Shown one piece after another: positions 1 through 13,616 of a stretch of 64,000 bases of DNA. The number at the start of each line of letters is the position of its first letter. The first letter of the stretch is position 1. A model generated the notes under the pieces. That model did no database searches. It was not told the origin of the DNA and worked only from the letters and a program-made list of their open reading frames with translations. The stretch spans positions 15,252,001-15,316,000 of the forward strand of contig JBHGNT010000016.1 in the NCBI GenBank assembly GCA_043228905.1, in the 5' to 3' direction. This DNA comes from Azolla caroliniana (taxonomy: Eukaryota; Plantae; Polypodiophyta). Position numbers and translations under genes: made by a program.

Positions 1-1136
1 CATTGAAAAAAGAAAAAAGAAAAAAGGCGTTTTGACTTTAACCCAATGCATTGCATTGGATTCTAGGTGTATAGACTAAAATACAATGTAGTGCATCATA
101 TTTGAGTTGAAAATCTGTTTTTTATTTTTTTATGGAAAAAATTTAAAAAGCTACAGAACTAAAAAAAATCCAAGATTTTTTATTTTTTCAAATTTTCAAT
201 GGGTTTTAGATTTGTTTTCTAACACAGATATATAAAACTTGTCAAATCAATTTAGTGTAACGTTATAGTCTATTCTTCAATTTGATGTTACATGTGCAAT
301 TTCATTCTACTGTCATGTACTACTACAACATGTGCCTTAATGATGTCCAAGAACTCTGTTGCATTAGAGAAGAACCCTGAGTAGGTTATTTTCATCAAAA
401 TGAGGATCCAAGGTATCTGGGATTGTCTTGATCAAGACCAAGATGTTGGGGCAAAGCATATGAATGAAACTGAGATGTTCCAGATGACTTCTAGAGAACC
501 TATGGAACCTATAGATGAAGAAGTAAGGGACCTTGTTGAATTAGAAGAAGTGTCAGAGTCCAAACATACTAACAATTCAACTTAGCGTACTGACGAAGCC
601 AATGAGGACAATCTTGATGAAAGAGCTAATCTTGAAGAGACGTCTTTACTAGACTTATTATGCGATTGAATGGATATGGCTTATTTTAAATTTTGAACAA
701 TCTGAAGTGTTAAATTTTGACATAATATATAAGTTGAGCTTATTCATAATTTCCGTGTAACACTCATTGAAATTAGAGATTAAGTATAATTTGTATGTGT
801 ACATGTTGTCTAATGTCTCCTTTATCGTTTGGGGTATATGGGACATAAAATTATACTCTATCATTTACTCATATGATTGGAATGTTATTATAGACTAGTT
901 TATTTATACATTGACGGTGCCATGTATCACGTGTCAATGGAGATTTTCTCTTGACATAGTAGTATCTCTTAATTGCAAGGTTCACAATTTTCTTTAAGAT
1001 ATAGTATATATAAATCTACACACAAAATTAGAAGAAGTCACTTATTCAGTGGGGTATGTGTTTTAGAATATGTACAAGGACTCGTGTTACTATTATACTT
1101 GCATTGATGAATATACCCCTATCTAAGATTTGGACA

Positions 1137-1591
1137 TGTCAAGACAAAGAGAAAGAGAGAGAAAGAGAGGAAAAGAGATACAGTGTTAAGATAGAAAGAG
1201 AGAATTGAAAACAAAGTATTGTATTGCAATATAAGATGGAGTACAAAGAGTAGACAATAGGGAGCTATAGGATGGCGTTGAATCAATTTGGTTTTTGGAG
1301 GATTGATAGATTCCTATTTAAAGTCCCTATAGAATAATATTGATTACTCTAGAATATCCTAGGACATTCTAGAATATAGAGTAATCTAGTAGTCTAGAAG
1401 GTTCTAGCATACAGAACACTCTAGGACATTCTAGAATAAAAGTAATATAGAATATTCTTATGATATTAGATTATATATTTTAAAAACCATACACATAAAC
1501 ATGTTATTACAATGGTTGAGGATTTGACATGTCTATAACAAGGTTGTTGGTTCAGATCCTTTCGAGGCATGATGTGAGTGTCATCATGACA
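1137..1591 (-). repeat. 3' LTR of element A
   Basis: TGTC...GACA termini; matches 27494-27947; purine tract adjacent on the minus strand. Confidence 0.9.
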
Positions 1592-1634
1592 CTACCCCCT
1601 TTCTTTGAGGCATGATGTGAGTGTAATCATGACA

Positions 1635-2429
1635 CTATCGCCCTTCTTCAACGACATGTCTCACGGGTCGTAGGGCTTGTAGTAGGACCTGGTTTATGAG
1701 GATAGTTGCGATGAAATGTGGTGACCATGTCCGTGGCATTGGAAATATTTTGTTGCAGGTTCCCAAGTTCGATCATTGGGGGTATAGCCTACCCAATCAA
1801 CCATGTAATACAACTTGTTGCGCACGATTTTAGAATCAAGAATGGAAACAACCTCGAATTCAGGTCCTTCCAAGAACTCAACAGATGGGGGGTGAGTTAT
1901 AAGACGACCCGGAATTGAACTTGTGGCGTAAGGTTCCAAAAGGGATACATGAAACACTGGATGAAGACGCAAGTGCGGAGGGAGGCCAAGTCGAAATGCA
2001 ACATCACTTATCTTACCAATGATCATGTATGGGCCAAAATGTTGGTAATCCAATTTACTGCAAGGCCGAGTAGTCTTGATGTTTTGTTGGAGAAGCCATA
2101 CATGATCCCCAACATGGAATTTTTTTGAGGAATCTAGGCGATGAAGATCCACAAGCCTCTTGTGTGTAACTTGAGCATCATGCAAATTGTGAAGAATGGT
2201 AGCGTGGATTTCTTGGAAGTGACTAAGACGATCCTTAACAGCAGGGTTGGTAGGCACTTCTGGATGCGCATTCATTGTCCACCGAAGATGACGGCCTGTA
2301 TTTGCAAAAAATGGGGAATATCCCGTAGAAGAATTGACCGAGTTGTTGTAAGCGAATTCAGACAAGTGCAAAAAATCAACCCAATCATCTTGTTGGTAGT
2401 TGATGAAACAACGAAGATATTGCTCCAAT
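1635..2429 (-). pseudogene. pol: Element A integrase C-terminus, GPY/F motif and chromodomain
   Basis: ORF 1694..2428: EQYLRCF, FGPY, HPVFHVSLLEP, EFEVVSILDSK..YMVDWVGY..TWEP; frameshifted at the end. Confidence 0.9.
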
Positions 2430-2895
2430 TGTTACCGATTAGGAACACTGTCTACGGTCAGTCCTTCGACCTAGACCTCAAGGTGATTGCGTTGCAAAGA
2501 ATGGTACTGTTGTACTGTAATACGTAATGGGATACTTCCCCGTATCCTAGTAGTGTATAAGGGAGATGACTACAACCGAACTCCTTAGACAGTACACTAG
2601 TAACCGCACTTACACGTATGCCCTTACGATTATAATACGCCATAGAGAATCAAAGAACACAGTAGATCAACCACAGATATGCACAAAAATCAGAGAAGAT
2701 AGTACTCTATTAGAATAACGCTCTATGCACCAAAATTACACGCTACCTTTTACAGAGGATTTCTGCCCTTTATATACACAGGGTCTTTTAGCCGTTCACG
2801 CTTCCCGCGTGAACCGTTACATAATTTCTTACAATTTTACTATATTATAATACTTCTTCGCTTCTGTCCGTCGGTTACTATTCCGGCAAACAACA
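2430..2895 (-). repeat. 3' LTR of element D
   Basis: Direct repeat of 17127-17593. Confidence 0.92.
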
Positions 2896-2897
2896 CC

Positions 2898-2917
2898 TGG
2901 CATGCTTGTGGGACAGT
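2898..2917 (-). promoter_or_regulatory. tRNA-Arg 3'-end-like motif at the PPT position of element D
   Basis: Element-sense ACTGTCCCACAAGCATGCCA ends 2 nt before the 3' LTR; 17/20 identical to 42014-42033. Confidence 0.65.
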
Positions 2918-2942
2918 GGCATGGCATGTCGGACCCATTTCT

Positions 2943-5604
2943 TTAATCTTCTTCCAAAATGGCCCAGATCTTTGGTTCCGGCCCAATGTCCTGGTCCGGG
3001 GACGGTATAGTGTCTGTAGGCACATTGTTGCGCGATTCCATGTCTTGTACGTGCTCGGTGGGGCTTTCCATGGTGTGAAGGTCTTCCTGTGTGGGCGGTC
3101 CGGGCTCTGCTGGCTCCTCCCGTTCTACTGTGGCTGGCTCATCCGCCTGTGGGATCTCTGGAGGTTGAGGCTCTGTCCTGTCCGTAACTTCCTCCGTGTT
3201 GCCGGCCATAGTCGTACGCTCCAGTGAATGGGGCTGAGGTTCGTCCTGTTCGGCAGTCTCACTTTTTGGTATCGCGGGGGGCTCCGCTTGTTGTTCTGTG
3301 CTGCCAACCGTAATGGTTATTTCCGGTGACGTGGGTTGAGGTTCCTCTTGTTCGACAGTATCCTTTACTTGTATCACGATGGATTCCTCGTTTGGTCGCG
3401 TGCTGCCGGCTTGCATGATTTGGTGAAACATGTCCTCCTGACTTTCGCCAAAATTGTCTAGTAGCTGCGCGAGTTCCTCAGAGTGTTGGTCCGCTAGCAT
3501 GCAATAATCCTGCGCTAGGTCCTCGTGTACGGCCACAATGCTTTCCTCATTGAGTTTGTAGAAACCTTGGCTGTCTTTTCTTCAGTTCTCCCAGTCCTCT
3601 CGGTAAGTATGCAACTCCGCCACTTGTGCAGACAACGCCATCTAGCCTTTGTCTAGCGCTGCTTGTAATTGCGCCGTAAACCTCTCCTGATTTGTTTGAA
3701 GAAGTATGCGCACCTTGTCAGTTATTGCGTGGCAACAGTTGCATGCTTCTTCCACGATTTTCTTGAGGTTTTCGATTTCTTGTTTACTGACCGCCGCCAT
3801 TTCCTCATAATTGCTCCTCATTCCTGCCCATAACTGATATTCCTTTGAATATAATCCTCTAGCTTTCCCACTTCATTGTTTAGGCAGATTTCGAGTTGAT
3901 GCCTCACCTCCTGTTCCCATACAAGATGCTCGTTGAACCACACTTTCTTCTTTTCCAATAACGCCCGGAGTCCCGTGATCGCCATTTCCGATTTTTGTGC
4001 TTCCTCTCGTAGTTTGGAGTTTTCTTCTTTCGTGCGGGTGTGCTATGCTGCCTCCGCTACGAGTTTCTCTTCCAGGGTCTTCATTGCCTTTCAACCGTTG
4101 GCCCGAATGTCCTTTTCTCTATCAGAGGATTGGCGAAGTTCGGAGCGGAGGCAATTAATCTCTGATTCCACCAACTGCACGACCCTCTTTGTTTTCGTGG
4201 CAATGGCGGTTTGTGCTTCAACCTCTTATCTTAGGGACTGGGCCTTGGTGGCGTTGTCGGCTGGTCGAAATGCCTGCTACGCCATAGTCGCGTTACGTTC
4301 CAACTCCGTGATGCGTCTGTTGGCCTTTTGTAGCTCGGCTTGGGTCTGTTTAACCGTTTTCCAGACATTTTTATTTTTAATTGCCATATCCTTGGCGCCA
4401 AGACTGACGTTTGCCAGTTCCCTATGAACCTTGACGAGGGCCGTGTTTAATGGGGCTAGTTCAGTTCCCATTCGGTGTATCCAGACATTCGACTGTCTGC
4501 TTAGTCTGGCTAGCAGCCCCTCATCATCGCTTTCTATTGTTTGTGTTAGCGCGCGCTCAATCATTTGTTGCTCCGCGTGCTCCTCGGCCATTCATTGTGA
4601 GAATTTTATTTGTTGCGTTGCCAAAATTTCCATGAGTTCGTAAGTAGTGCCAAACTGTAATAGTGCGCCGAACTCGTGAGCTGTGTTCGGATACTTCAGG
4701 ACCTCGCTTTCTGTTGTAAATACGTCTTTCCCCTGCTGAGACTGGGCCGTAATGATCGGTCGTGGTTCCCAGATTATTTCGAAAGTGGTGTTGGGCTCCG
4801 TAGCTACGATGATCGTCTCTGTAACCGCGAGTGTGTCTTTAACTAATCTGCGCCCATCTTTCCTGTCCAGCCTCTGCCATTTCGGTCTTGGGCTTTCCTG
4901 ACGTTGCTCGGCTTCCTGCTCCTACGAGGCTTCTTCCCTGCGATCCAACTGTTCTTCATGTGTTGTCTGTGTGCTAGGCTGGGCCCATTGGGGTTCATCC
5001 TCCCATTATGTGGTGGCCAATTCTGCTACTCCGTTTCGCGGAACGTGGCGGCGGCGTGGGCTTGCTAGGCTGTGGTGCGGGTAGACCCCAGTGTGGGAAT
5101 AGTATCGTCAGATATTGTTGTATGATTGGCCTCAGCTTTTTGCTGCCTTGATATGCGTGCAAGCCTTCCTGTAATGTTGGTCTCGTAATGACCCCCCAAT
5201 TGACCGCGCGCCCTGCGAAGGTATCAATGATGATGCCTACCTTTTGTTTTGGCATCCCATTATTAGGCATTTACATGCACCCATCCGACTTCCAACAAGA
5301 ACTTGGCTTTTTCGCAAAAGAAGGGATCAGGGATTTCCTTCGTCTTGTATGCTTTGGCGGACGCTGAATATGCCCCGAAATATCTCTACAAGGTTTCCAC
5401 ATGAGGAATGTCAAAATGTCTTTCTCCGAGCGATGACTGGTCAAGCTTCTTCCGAATTGATGAGTTGGTAACCGTGTCTATATTGAGTTTCCTAGCGATA
5501 TCTAGGGCTTCAGGACAAGCGGGTGCCTCAGTGGCTTTGATGTATCCATCCAGACGCTTTTCGACGAGCCATCTACGCAAGGCGGCAGAAATAGGGATCG
5601 ACAT
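2943..5604 (-). pseudogene. Fragmented extra ORF (coiled-coil ORF3) of element D
   Basis: Fragments MSIPISAALRRWLVEKRLDGY and MPKQKVGIII..VNWGV align with E ORF3 (MEPQTLSEAARKWFRQHGLDGF, MPKNRAGMI..VDWPV); coiled-coil and acidic fragments follow. Confidence 0.75.
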
Positions 5605-5867
5605 CGTAGGAGGGTGAGACTCGTGGATAGTGGGTGAGGTATGCTGGCTATGGCGAACTTGGGCTCTGTGGTAGGATGGAGAGGAAGGTGAGTGAGGGGA
5701 GCGTTGAGAGCAATGAGAGTTAGAAGGTCAGTTTCTGTACTGTGCAGAAAACCTTCTATTTTCTTCTTTTTGTGGCCTAGGGTTCATTGGTCTGTGAGCC
5801 ATCGCGGTGCCACGTGTTCTTGCTCTAGAAGTTTGTGCATGCATCAAGTCCTTTTAATAGCGTCACT

Positions 5868-5886
5868 ATCTTCTTCTTCTTCTTCT

Positions 5887-5916
<30 letters not shown>
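5868..5916. repeat. (TCT)n microsatellite
   Basis: Run of TCT units seen directly. Confidence 0.95.
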
Positions 5917-5917
<1 letters not shown>

Positions 5918-6039
5918 TTTCATAACGGTTACATACAATATTATTTTTACACTATAGTACAAGTAGGGCCCTATACTTACTCCGCGGATTCGCCGGCTTT
6001 GTCCTGTCCGGCGGGGAATGTGTTAAGTGGCCTAGGGCC

Positions 6040-9000
6040 CAGGTAGGGTTTTAAGCGAAACCCATTCACCTTTTGTTGGAGCACCTCTCTGGCCAAGGTG
6101 CCAAGTTGAAACGTGTCGTTTTCCGCTCCAACTATCCAGTACGGGCCTGTCTAGCGGAATCTTAATTTTCCTAGCATTTGCCCCATTCGTGTTTGAAAAT
6201 CTAAAACCGCCTTCCTGACCGTAAAATCCTTTTCACATGCATGCCGATGTCGGTCCACGAATGCTTTGCGCCGCTGCTATTCTTGCTCCAATATGGCCAT
6301 ACTGTGTACTCGAGTTTCGCCTAGTTCAATTAAATGTTGTAGTTGTATTTGTTCGGATTTGCCCTCTAGCAGCCGGTCTCGTACTTGAATCCGCAGATTG
6401 GATACCTGGAATTCAACTTGCATTACGACTTCCAGCCCAAATCCTAGCCTGAAAGGTGTGGATTGTATGCTGGTCTTATAGCTGGTTCGATATGCCCATA
6501 ACGCGTTGTGCAATTTGGTATCCCAATCTGTTCTATTCTCATTGACTATCTTTTTGAGTATAGTTTGTAATGTTTTGTCCGTGGATTCGGCCAAGCCATT
6601 TGCCTGTGGGTAATACGACGTACTCTTTTTGTGAACCACAACATAGTGTTGGGTCAATTCGTAAAGGAATCTTTTTGATGACCGTATTCCGAAAGTGACT
6701 CCCTTGGTCAGTAATGAGCTCGATAGAGCAGCCAAAACGACACCAAATATGTTCGTAAAGGAATTTCGTTGTGACTGTCACAGTATTTTTGCGTAGTGGT
6801 TTCGCCTCTACCCACTTGGTGTAGTAATCCGTAGCCACCAAGATATACTTATTGCCTGTTCGACCAACCGCCGGGGTAAAGGGTCCCACAAAATCCAGCC
6901 CCCACTTTTGGAAAGGATCCAACGGCAACACCGATTGATGTGGCATTCTCGCGACTTCCGTCGGCTGGCCCATCCGTTGGCATAAATCGCATTGTTTGCA
7001 ATATTCATACACATCCATTTGCGTAGTCGGCCACCAAAGTCTTGCTTGCCAAATTTTCCGGGCCGTAACATCGCCAACGTAATGTCCTCCCGCTGTACCA
7101 TAGTGGGCTTCGCGTAAAACCGCTGCCTTCTCATCCTGCCGTATTCCGTGCCTCCAGATGCCATCACTGCCTTTGTGATATAGGACGTCTTCGACTAAAC
7201 CGAAATTACGACTCCGTACGGCCAACCGTTTTTTCTCGTCCGTCCTTAATTGGGGTGGCGGTAACCCCGTGGTCAGAAAGTAGGTCATTTCCATCAACGA
7301 CTGATCCGGAAAAGTGTTTTCTGTTCTTGCTGCTAAAGTTGCTATACGCAGAATGTCCGCATCTGGAAAGTCGTCGTCATCTTTTTGCGCCATTTCTCCA
7401 TTATCCAATCTGCTCAAGAAATCCGCCACCATGTGTTGCATACTCGGTCCGGTCGGTGCTGAAGTACAAAGTCAAATTCTTGGAGCAAATTCATCCATCT
7501 AGCCACTTTTCCCGTCAGTGCCTATTTCCCCACTAGATATAGCAATGTTGTATGATCCACATGAAACGTGAATTTTCGCCCTAGTAGATAATGCCAGAAT
7601 TTATTGATGTTGTATATCATACCCAACGCTTCACGTTCCATTCTGGAATAGTTACGCTCATCCGTTCATAGTTTCCGACTAACGTAGTACATTGGTCGGT
7701 ACCAATTCAGCTCCGTGAGCTGCATCAACGCACTATTGCTATATTCGAGGCATCCACAAACACGTGAAATGGTTTCGCCCAAACTGGTGGTTGTACAACC
7801 GGTGCCTGCATTAGCATTAATTTTAGCGCATCATACACCTTCTCTTCCGTTGCTGTCCATTTAAAAGGAGTACGGTGAACGGCGGCATCTAATGGTGTGG
7901 TGAAATCCGCCAAATAGTGTATCATCTAACTGTGCCATCGTATCTCTCCCAGAAACTAGCTGAGTGCTTTGGCGTTTGTCGGTGTTTTTGCGTGAGTAAT
8001 CGCAGAGATTTTGTTCGGATCGACTGCTATCCCCTCCTTACTGACTAGGTTTCCGAGGAGGGCCCCGCTGGTGACGCCGAAGGCGCATTTGGTGGGATTC
8101 AGGCATAAGCGTGCAGTTCGACAATGCTCCAAGCAAAGCTGTAGATGTGTAAAATGTTCGGCTGTTGTCCCATATACCGCAGAATCGTCTAACAAGACCT
8201 GCATGAGGGCAGGTATATATTCCCCAAAAATCTCCATGATTGTCTGTTGAAATGTAGCGGCGACGTCTTTAGCCCGAACATCATGACGACCGTGACATAG
8301 ACTCCCCAGTGCGTGACAAACGTCGTCTTCTCGTGGTTGTCGGGGTGCATGCGTACTTGATTGTACCCACTGAAACCATCTAGAAAGTTGTGCATGTCAT
8401 GCCATGCGACGACATCTAGTACACTGTCGGTGAAAGGTAAAGGGAACGCGTCTATAATGGTTACGACATTCAATTTCCGGTAGTCCACGCACACACGTAT
8501 TTTGCCATTTTTCTTTGGTACGACTACTATCGGGCTTAGCCATGTAGCTCGTTTGACTAGTTGAAGGACTCCGGCCTTGAGGAGTTTGTCAATTTCCTCT
8601 TTTATGCGAGCCACATAATTTGGGTTCATGCGGTATCAACGCTACTGGACCGGTTTCGCATTGGTCGCTAAATTGATCTTATGTTGATAGAACTTCAGAT
8701 CTAATCCCTTCATGTCCTCGTGGGACCAAGCGAACACATCTTTACACTTCTTGAGTAGTGCTATCATCGCCTCTCTCTGATCTGGCAATAATTCTTTTGC
8801 GATGGAGAGGAATCGAGGGTCTAACGCGATACCTACGTTTACTTCTTCTAGGGCCGAGGCAACGACTCGTCGTGAAATTTCCATTTCCCTCTCGAACACC
8901 GCCCGTGCTTTGCTTAATTCTAATATGGACTCTAGGTCTGGTTTGTAAGCCTCGTCATGGAGCTCAGTAGGTGTGGCGTAATACGCCGCGGTTTCTATGA

Positions 9001-9141
9001 TGTTGATTTCAAATACTGGAATGAGTCAGGGGTGCTCGTCGAGGTATACTTCTAATTCTGTATCATCCACCACAACCAACATATTTATATCTTCCGCGTA
9101 TAACAGTGTTATGTCCTTTGGTTGTGCCTCCATTTCCTCTG
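6040..9141 (-). pseudogene. pol: Element D pol (RT, RNase H, integrase), multiply disrupted
   Basis: RVCVDYRKLN, FLDGFSGYNQ, QVLLDD, VFVDAS, KWGLDFVGP and YYPQANGLAES in broken ORFs. Confidence 0.92.
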
Positions 9142-9503
9142 TGTCACGGACAAGTATAATAGAGTAGAACGAAGATAAGACTGGAGAACAAGAGAGAGGA
9201 AAAGAACAAGAACTCAACTTATAGAATCCGTAACTTGTGTTGTTCACCTTGATTAGAATCAAGGTGCACATGAGTATTTATACAAGAGGGTAGGGTTATG
9301 TAAGATAGCTAGAAATAGAGTGCATGAGGATGCATGCAATAGAGTATGCATGAGGATGCATGCAATAGAGAATGCATGAGGATGCATGTAAGCTAGGAAC
9401 TTCCAATGTTCAATCTACACTACAAGTGGTAGGGTTTGCTCAATAGAGACCATGAGGTCTTGGGTTCAATCCCTACCTTCCTCTGTGGCATATGTCTATG
9501 ACA
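9142..9503 (-). repeat. 3' LTR of element C
   Basis: Direct repeat of 14500-14861 with indels; short tandem repeat (GCATGAGGATGCATGCAATAGAG). Confidence 0.9.
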
Positions 9504-9509
9504 TCATCC

Positions 9510-12500
9510 TCCCTCTAAGGCCGCCTCCTAACACCCACAACCGGTTTATGGGGGTATCGTTGGTGAAAAGGGCGAATTGCCTCTGGTGCATTTTGTAAGT
9601 GTGTAACTGGTTCCCATGTGGCATCCAAAAGAGGGTAACCTTTCCATAAGACCAATTATTGAAGTCCGTCAACACAAGCGAGAGTCGAGGATCCGGTCAA
9701 CCTCATACTCCTCACTTGTCTATAATTCCATGGGCGATGGCGGAGGAGGTTGGCGTCCCAGAATGCGAGAAGGATGATAGAGTTCGAGGAAAGAGACGTG
9801 GAAAACATTGTGAAGCCGAAATGTGGGGGGAAGCGCTAACCGGAAGGCGACTGGGTTAATGGGCTCGAGAATACGGAAGGGTCCTAGCTTTTTGTAGTCG
9901 AGCTTTGTGCAGGGACGGGTGGTTGCGATATGCCGACGTAGCAACCAAACCATGTCACCGACTGCGAAGGTCGGCGCGACTAAGCGATGTTGGTCAGCGT
10001 GAGCTTTATACTATTTGCCAACGACACGAAGCTCGAGGGCGAGGTCATAGTGGACATCTTGTAAGGTGTGGGCATGCTTCTCGGCTGACGGATTGATGGA
10101 TATCTCCGGAATGGAAATTCTGAAACGAGGGTGGAAACCGTAATTTGCAAAGAATGGGGAAACTTTAGTTGAGGCATGGATACTGTTATTGTAGGCAAAT
10201 TCCTCCATGGCAAGGAGGTCCACCCAATCGTCTTGTTGGTGGCTAACTAAACAATGGAGGTATTGTTCGAGGATTTGGTTGACTCTTTTGGTTTGGCCAT
10301 CAGTTTGAGGGTGGTGCGCGGTTGACAAGTTCACAGAAGTCCCAAATCTCTCTAGCAGTCGGCGCCAAAAGTGGGAGATAAATTGAGGACCTCGATCAGA
10401 ATTGACATCCTCAAGCAAACCGTGTAAGCGCACACCATTTTTTAGAAAAAGGGCAACTATCTCCTCCCCCGAAATGGTTTTCGAACATGGGACAAAGTGA
10501 GCCATCTTCGAAAACCGATCGACGACCACTAGCACTGTGTCATGGTCACCGACTCGAGGAAGGTCGGTGATAAAGTCCATGGAGAGAGATGCCCAAGGTC
10601 GACTTGGGATTGGAAGTGGGTGTAGAAGGCCATATGGACGATGGTGAGCCGCTTTGGAGCGAGCACAAACGTCACAAGTTTTGATAAATTCTTTGACCAA
10701 TTTCCAAGGTTGAGGCTACCAAACCGAGAAATCAATGCCAACGTTTTGGCGACCCCAAAGTGGGTGACAAGAGGATCATCATGGCAAGTTGGTAGAACTC
10801 GGAGGTGACATGGGCCATCTCATATGTAAAGGAGGTGATTACGATAGAGTAGCCCATCGTGAGTTGTAAAGTGACTGAGATCCGAGCTTTGCCGTTCCTA
10901 GGATGGCTTGTTGAGGCGCGTCATGATGTCAGTAGCAAAAGGGTCCAACGTGGTTGCTTGGGTAATCTCGTTGAGCAAGGAATCATCGTGCAACAGATAC
11001 GTTGCGAACATGTGGAGTTGATAGGCCGTAATAAACAATGTGATTGCTAAGAATAAGTGTCGTCGCCTGGGCGCAATGCAAAATCGGGTCGCCGAGAGAG
11101 AACATCCGCTTTCCCATGTTGAACACCGGGTTGTAACAAGATTTCAAAGTCGTAGTCGGCAAGAAAAGATGACCAACGAGCCGGCCTCTGATTCAACGTA
11201 CGAGTGGTGGTGAAGTAGATGAGATTCTAGTGGTCAGTCACCACCTGAATACGATGTTGTGCCCCAGCCAGATACGGTCGCCATTTAGTGAAGGCCGAGA
11301 TGATAGCTGCAAACTCCTTGTCGTAGACTGGATAATTGATTTCCGGGGCTATAAACTTTAGAGAGTAGAAGGTGACCGGATGTAGGGTGCCATCGTCATC
11401 AGGTTGGGACAAGACCACACCTACGTCAAAGTCGGAGGCGTCGGTTTCAACCTGGAAAGAGCGGGTGGGGTCCGAGTGGACTAACAGGGGGGCGGAGAGA
11501 AAAGCTGTTTTGAGGGCATTAAAAGCATTATGTGTTGCGGGGGTCCAAAGAAATGGAGTATCTTTCCGGGTAAGTTGGATGAGAGGTTGGACCAGGGATG
11601 AGAACCCTTCTATAAATCTTCTATAAAAATTTGCAAAACCAAGAAACGATTGTACCTCTTTTAGCCAAGTCGGGAGAGGCCAATCAGTGATTGCGGCTGT
11701 CAAGACTGAGAGAGAGAAAGAGAGAGAAAAAGAGATAGAAAGAGATAGAAAGATAATTGAAAGAGAATTATTATATTGAAGCGTAAAATGGATTACAAAG
11801 GCTAGGCTACAAAGTGGCGTTGAACCAATTTAGGTTTGGGATGGGTGGTAGATCCCTATTTATAAGTAATAGAGAACACTCTAGAATATTCTAGGTTATC
11901 CTAGAATGTAGAGTAATCTAGAAGATCTCTAGAGTATTCTAGAAGGTTCTAGTGGTATAGAACACTCTAGAATATTCTAGGTCATTCTAGAATGTAGAGT
12001 AATATAGAATATTCCTATGATATTAGATTTCATATTCTAGAGACTATACATATGAGAATAGTAATACAATAGTTAAGGATTTGACATGTGTACAACAAGG
12101 TCGTGGGTTCAAATCCTTTCGAGTCATAATGTGAGTGTCATGATCCTTTCGATGCATGATGTGAGTGTTATCATGACAGCGGCGACCTTGTGTTTATCCA
12201 TTGTGATCCCGGTAGGTGAGATCATGTAACCCAGGAATTCCACAGAGGTCCGATAGAATTCACATTTCTCACTTTTGGCGAAGAGCCCATATTCTCGGAG
12301 TTTGGTGAGAACCAGCCAGACCTGGTGTGTGTGCTCCTCCCAGTTGGAAGAAAAAACTAGGATGTCGTCAAGGTAGATGACCACAAAATGATTGAGATAC
12401 TCTCGAAAAATATCGTTCATCATGTGCTGGAAGACGGCCGGAGCATTGGTAAGGCCGAAAGGCATCACTTTGTACTCGAAATGTCCATAGCGTGTCCGGA

Positions 12501-13470
12501 AAGTTGTTTTCCACTTGTCCGCAGGCTTGATGTGCACCAAATTGTAGGCACCCCGAAGGTCGATTTTGGAGAAGATATGCCCTGTTCGGAGTCAATCGAG
12601 GAGCGTTGGAATTAAGAACAGGCGGTAATGATTACGTACTATAACTTTGTTGAGACCCCGATAATTGACACATAAGCGCAAGGAGCCGTCCTTCTTTTTG
12701 ACAAATAAGATTGGTGCCCCACCGGTGATTTGGAGGGTTGATTGAAGCCCTTCGCGAGATTCTCAGCCAAATATGTGCGGAGAGCCTCAAGACCGGGTTC
12801 GGATAACCCATAGATAGGACCGAATGGGGGATGCTCGCCAGCTTGGAGTTCTATTGGGCAATCGTAGGGGCGATGAGCCAGTAATCGAACGACATTCCAC
12901 TTTTCGAAGATTGGTGACAGGAACGGTGACATTCCCCGACACAACGGCCAGTGTAGCGACCAAACCGAACTCGACTGCAACAGAATCAAGAGATGTCATG
13001 ATCGAGCACGAATTGGCGTTGTTGAAAAAGTGATGGAGCGACTACACCAATCCACCGTCGGATTGTCACCTCCAACCAAGATAGCCCCAACACAATCGGA
13101 TGTTGGGGGGTCGCGATGAGGTAGAACGTCAATTCCTCCTGGTGTGGCCCTATTTGAAGTACCAACGGGATAGTGGCTTCGGTAACCGCCCCCGATGAGA
13201 GAACACGACCGTCGCTCGCTTCAACGGATATGGGTTGTGATGTGCGGACGGTGGGGATATTATGTGCACATACAAATGATTAATCGATAAAGCAAGTAGA
13301 TGCTCTGAAGTTGAGCAAGGCATGAGAATGTATTGAAGTCGAACCAAAACAAAGACTTACTTGCAAAGAAAACCCTCCTAATGGCGGTTTGGACTTGTAG
13401 GAGCATGGAGAAGGTGAGTAATGGGAAGCATCCAACGGCATGGGTCCTACTGCAGCCGGACTTGGTCGTT
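9510..13470 (-). pseudogene. pol: Element C pol (protease, RT, RNase H, integrase, chromodomain), disrupted and split by a solo LTR
   Basis: VMPFGLTNAPAVFQ, YLDDILV, ETDASD, SMDFITDLP and HPQTDGQT in broken ORFs. Confidence 0.9.
11698..12178 (-). mobile_element. Solo LTR related to the element A family
   Basis: TGTCAAGA...CATGACA; TSD GCGGC at 11693-11697 and 12179-12183; interrupts C RT. Confidence 0.9.
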
Positions 13471-13616
13471 TTCCTGTTGTCAAGGAACCTCCGCAAGACG
13501 TGCACGATGGAATTGGTGTCGAGGGCCTAGCACAGGGCAGTGGTGGATGACATGGCCGGGGTTGCCACAATAGAGACAGAGTCCATTGTCCTGACGATGT
13601 TGGCGTTGGGCTTCAG

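Noticed and set aside
300-660. Acidic ORF 400..585 preceded by YYNMCL, resembling a hAT transposase C-terminal relic
   Set aside because: Motif too short and no terminal inverted repeats seen; cannot be supported
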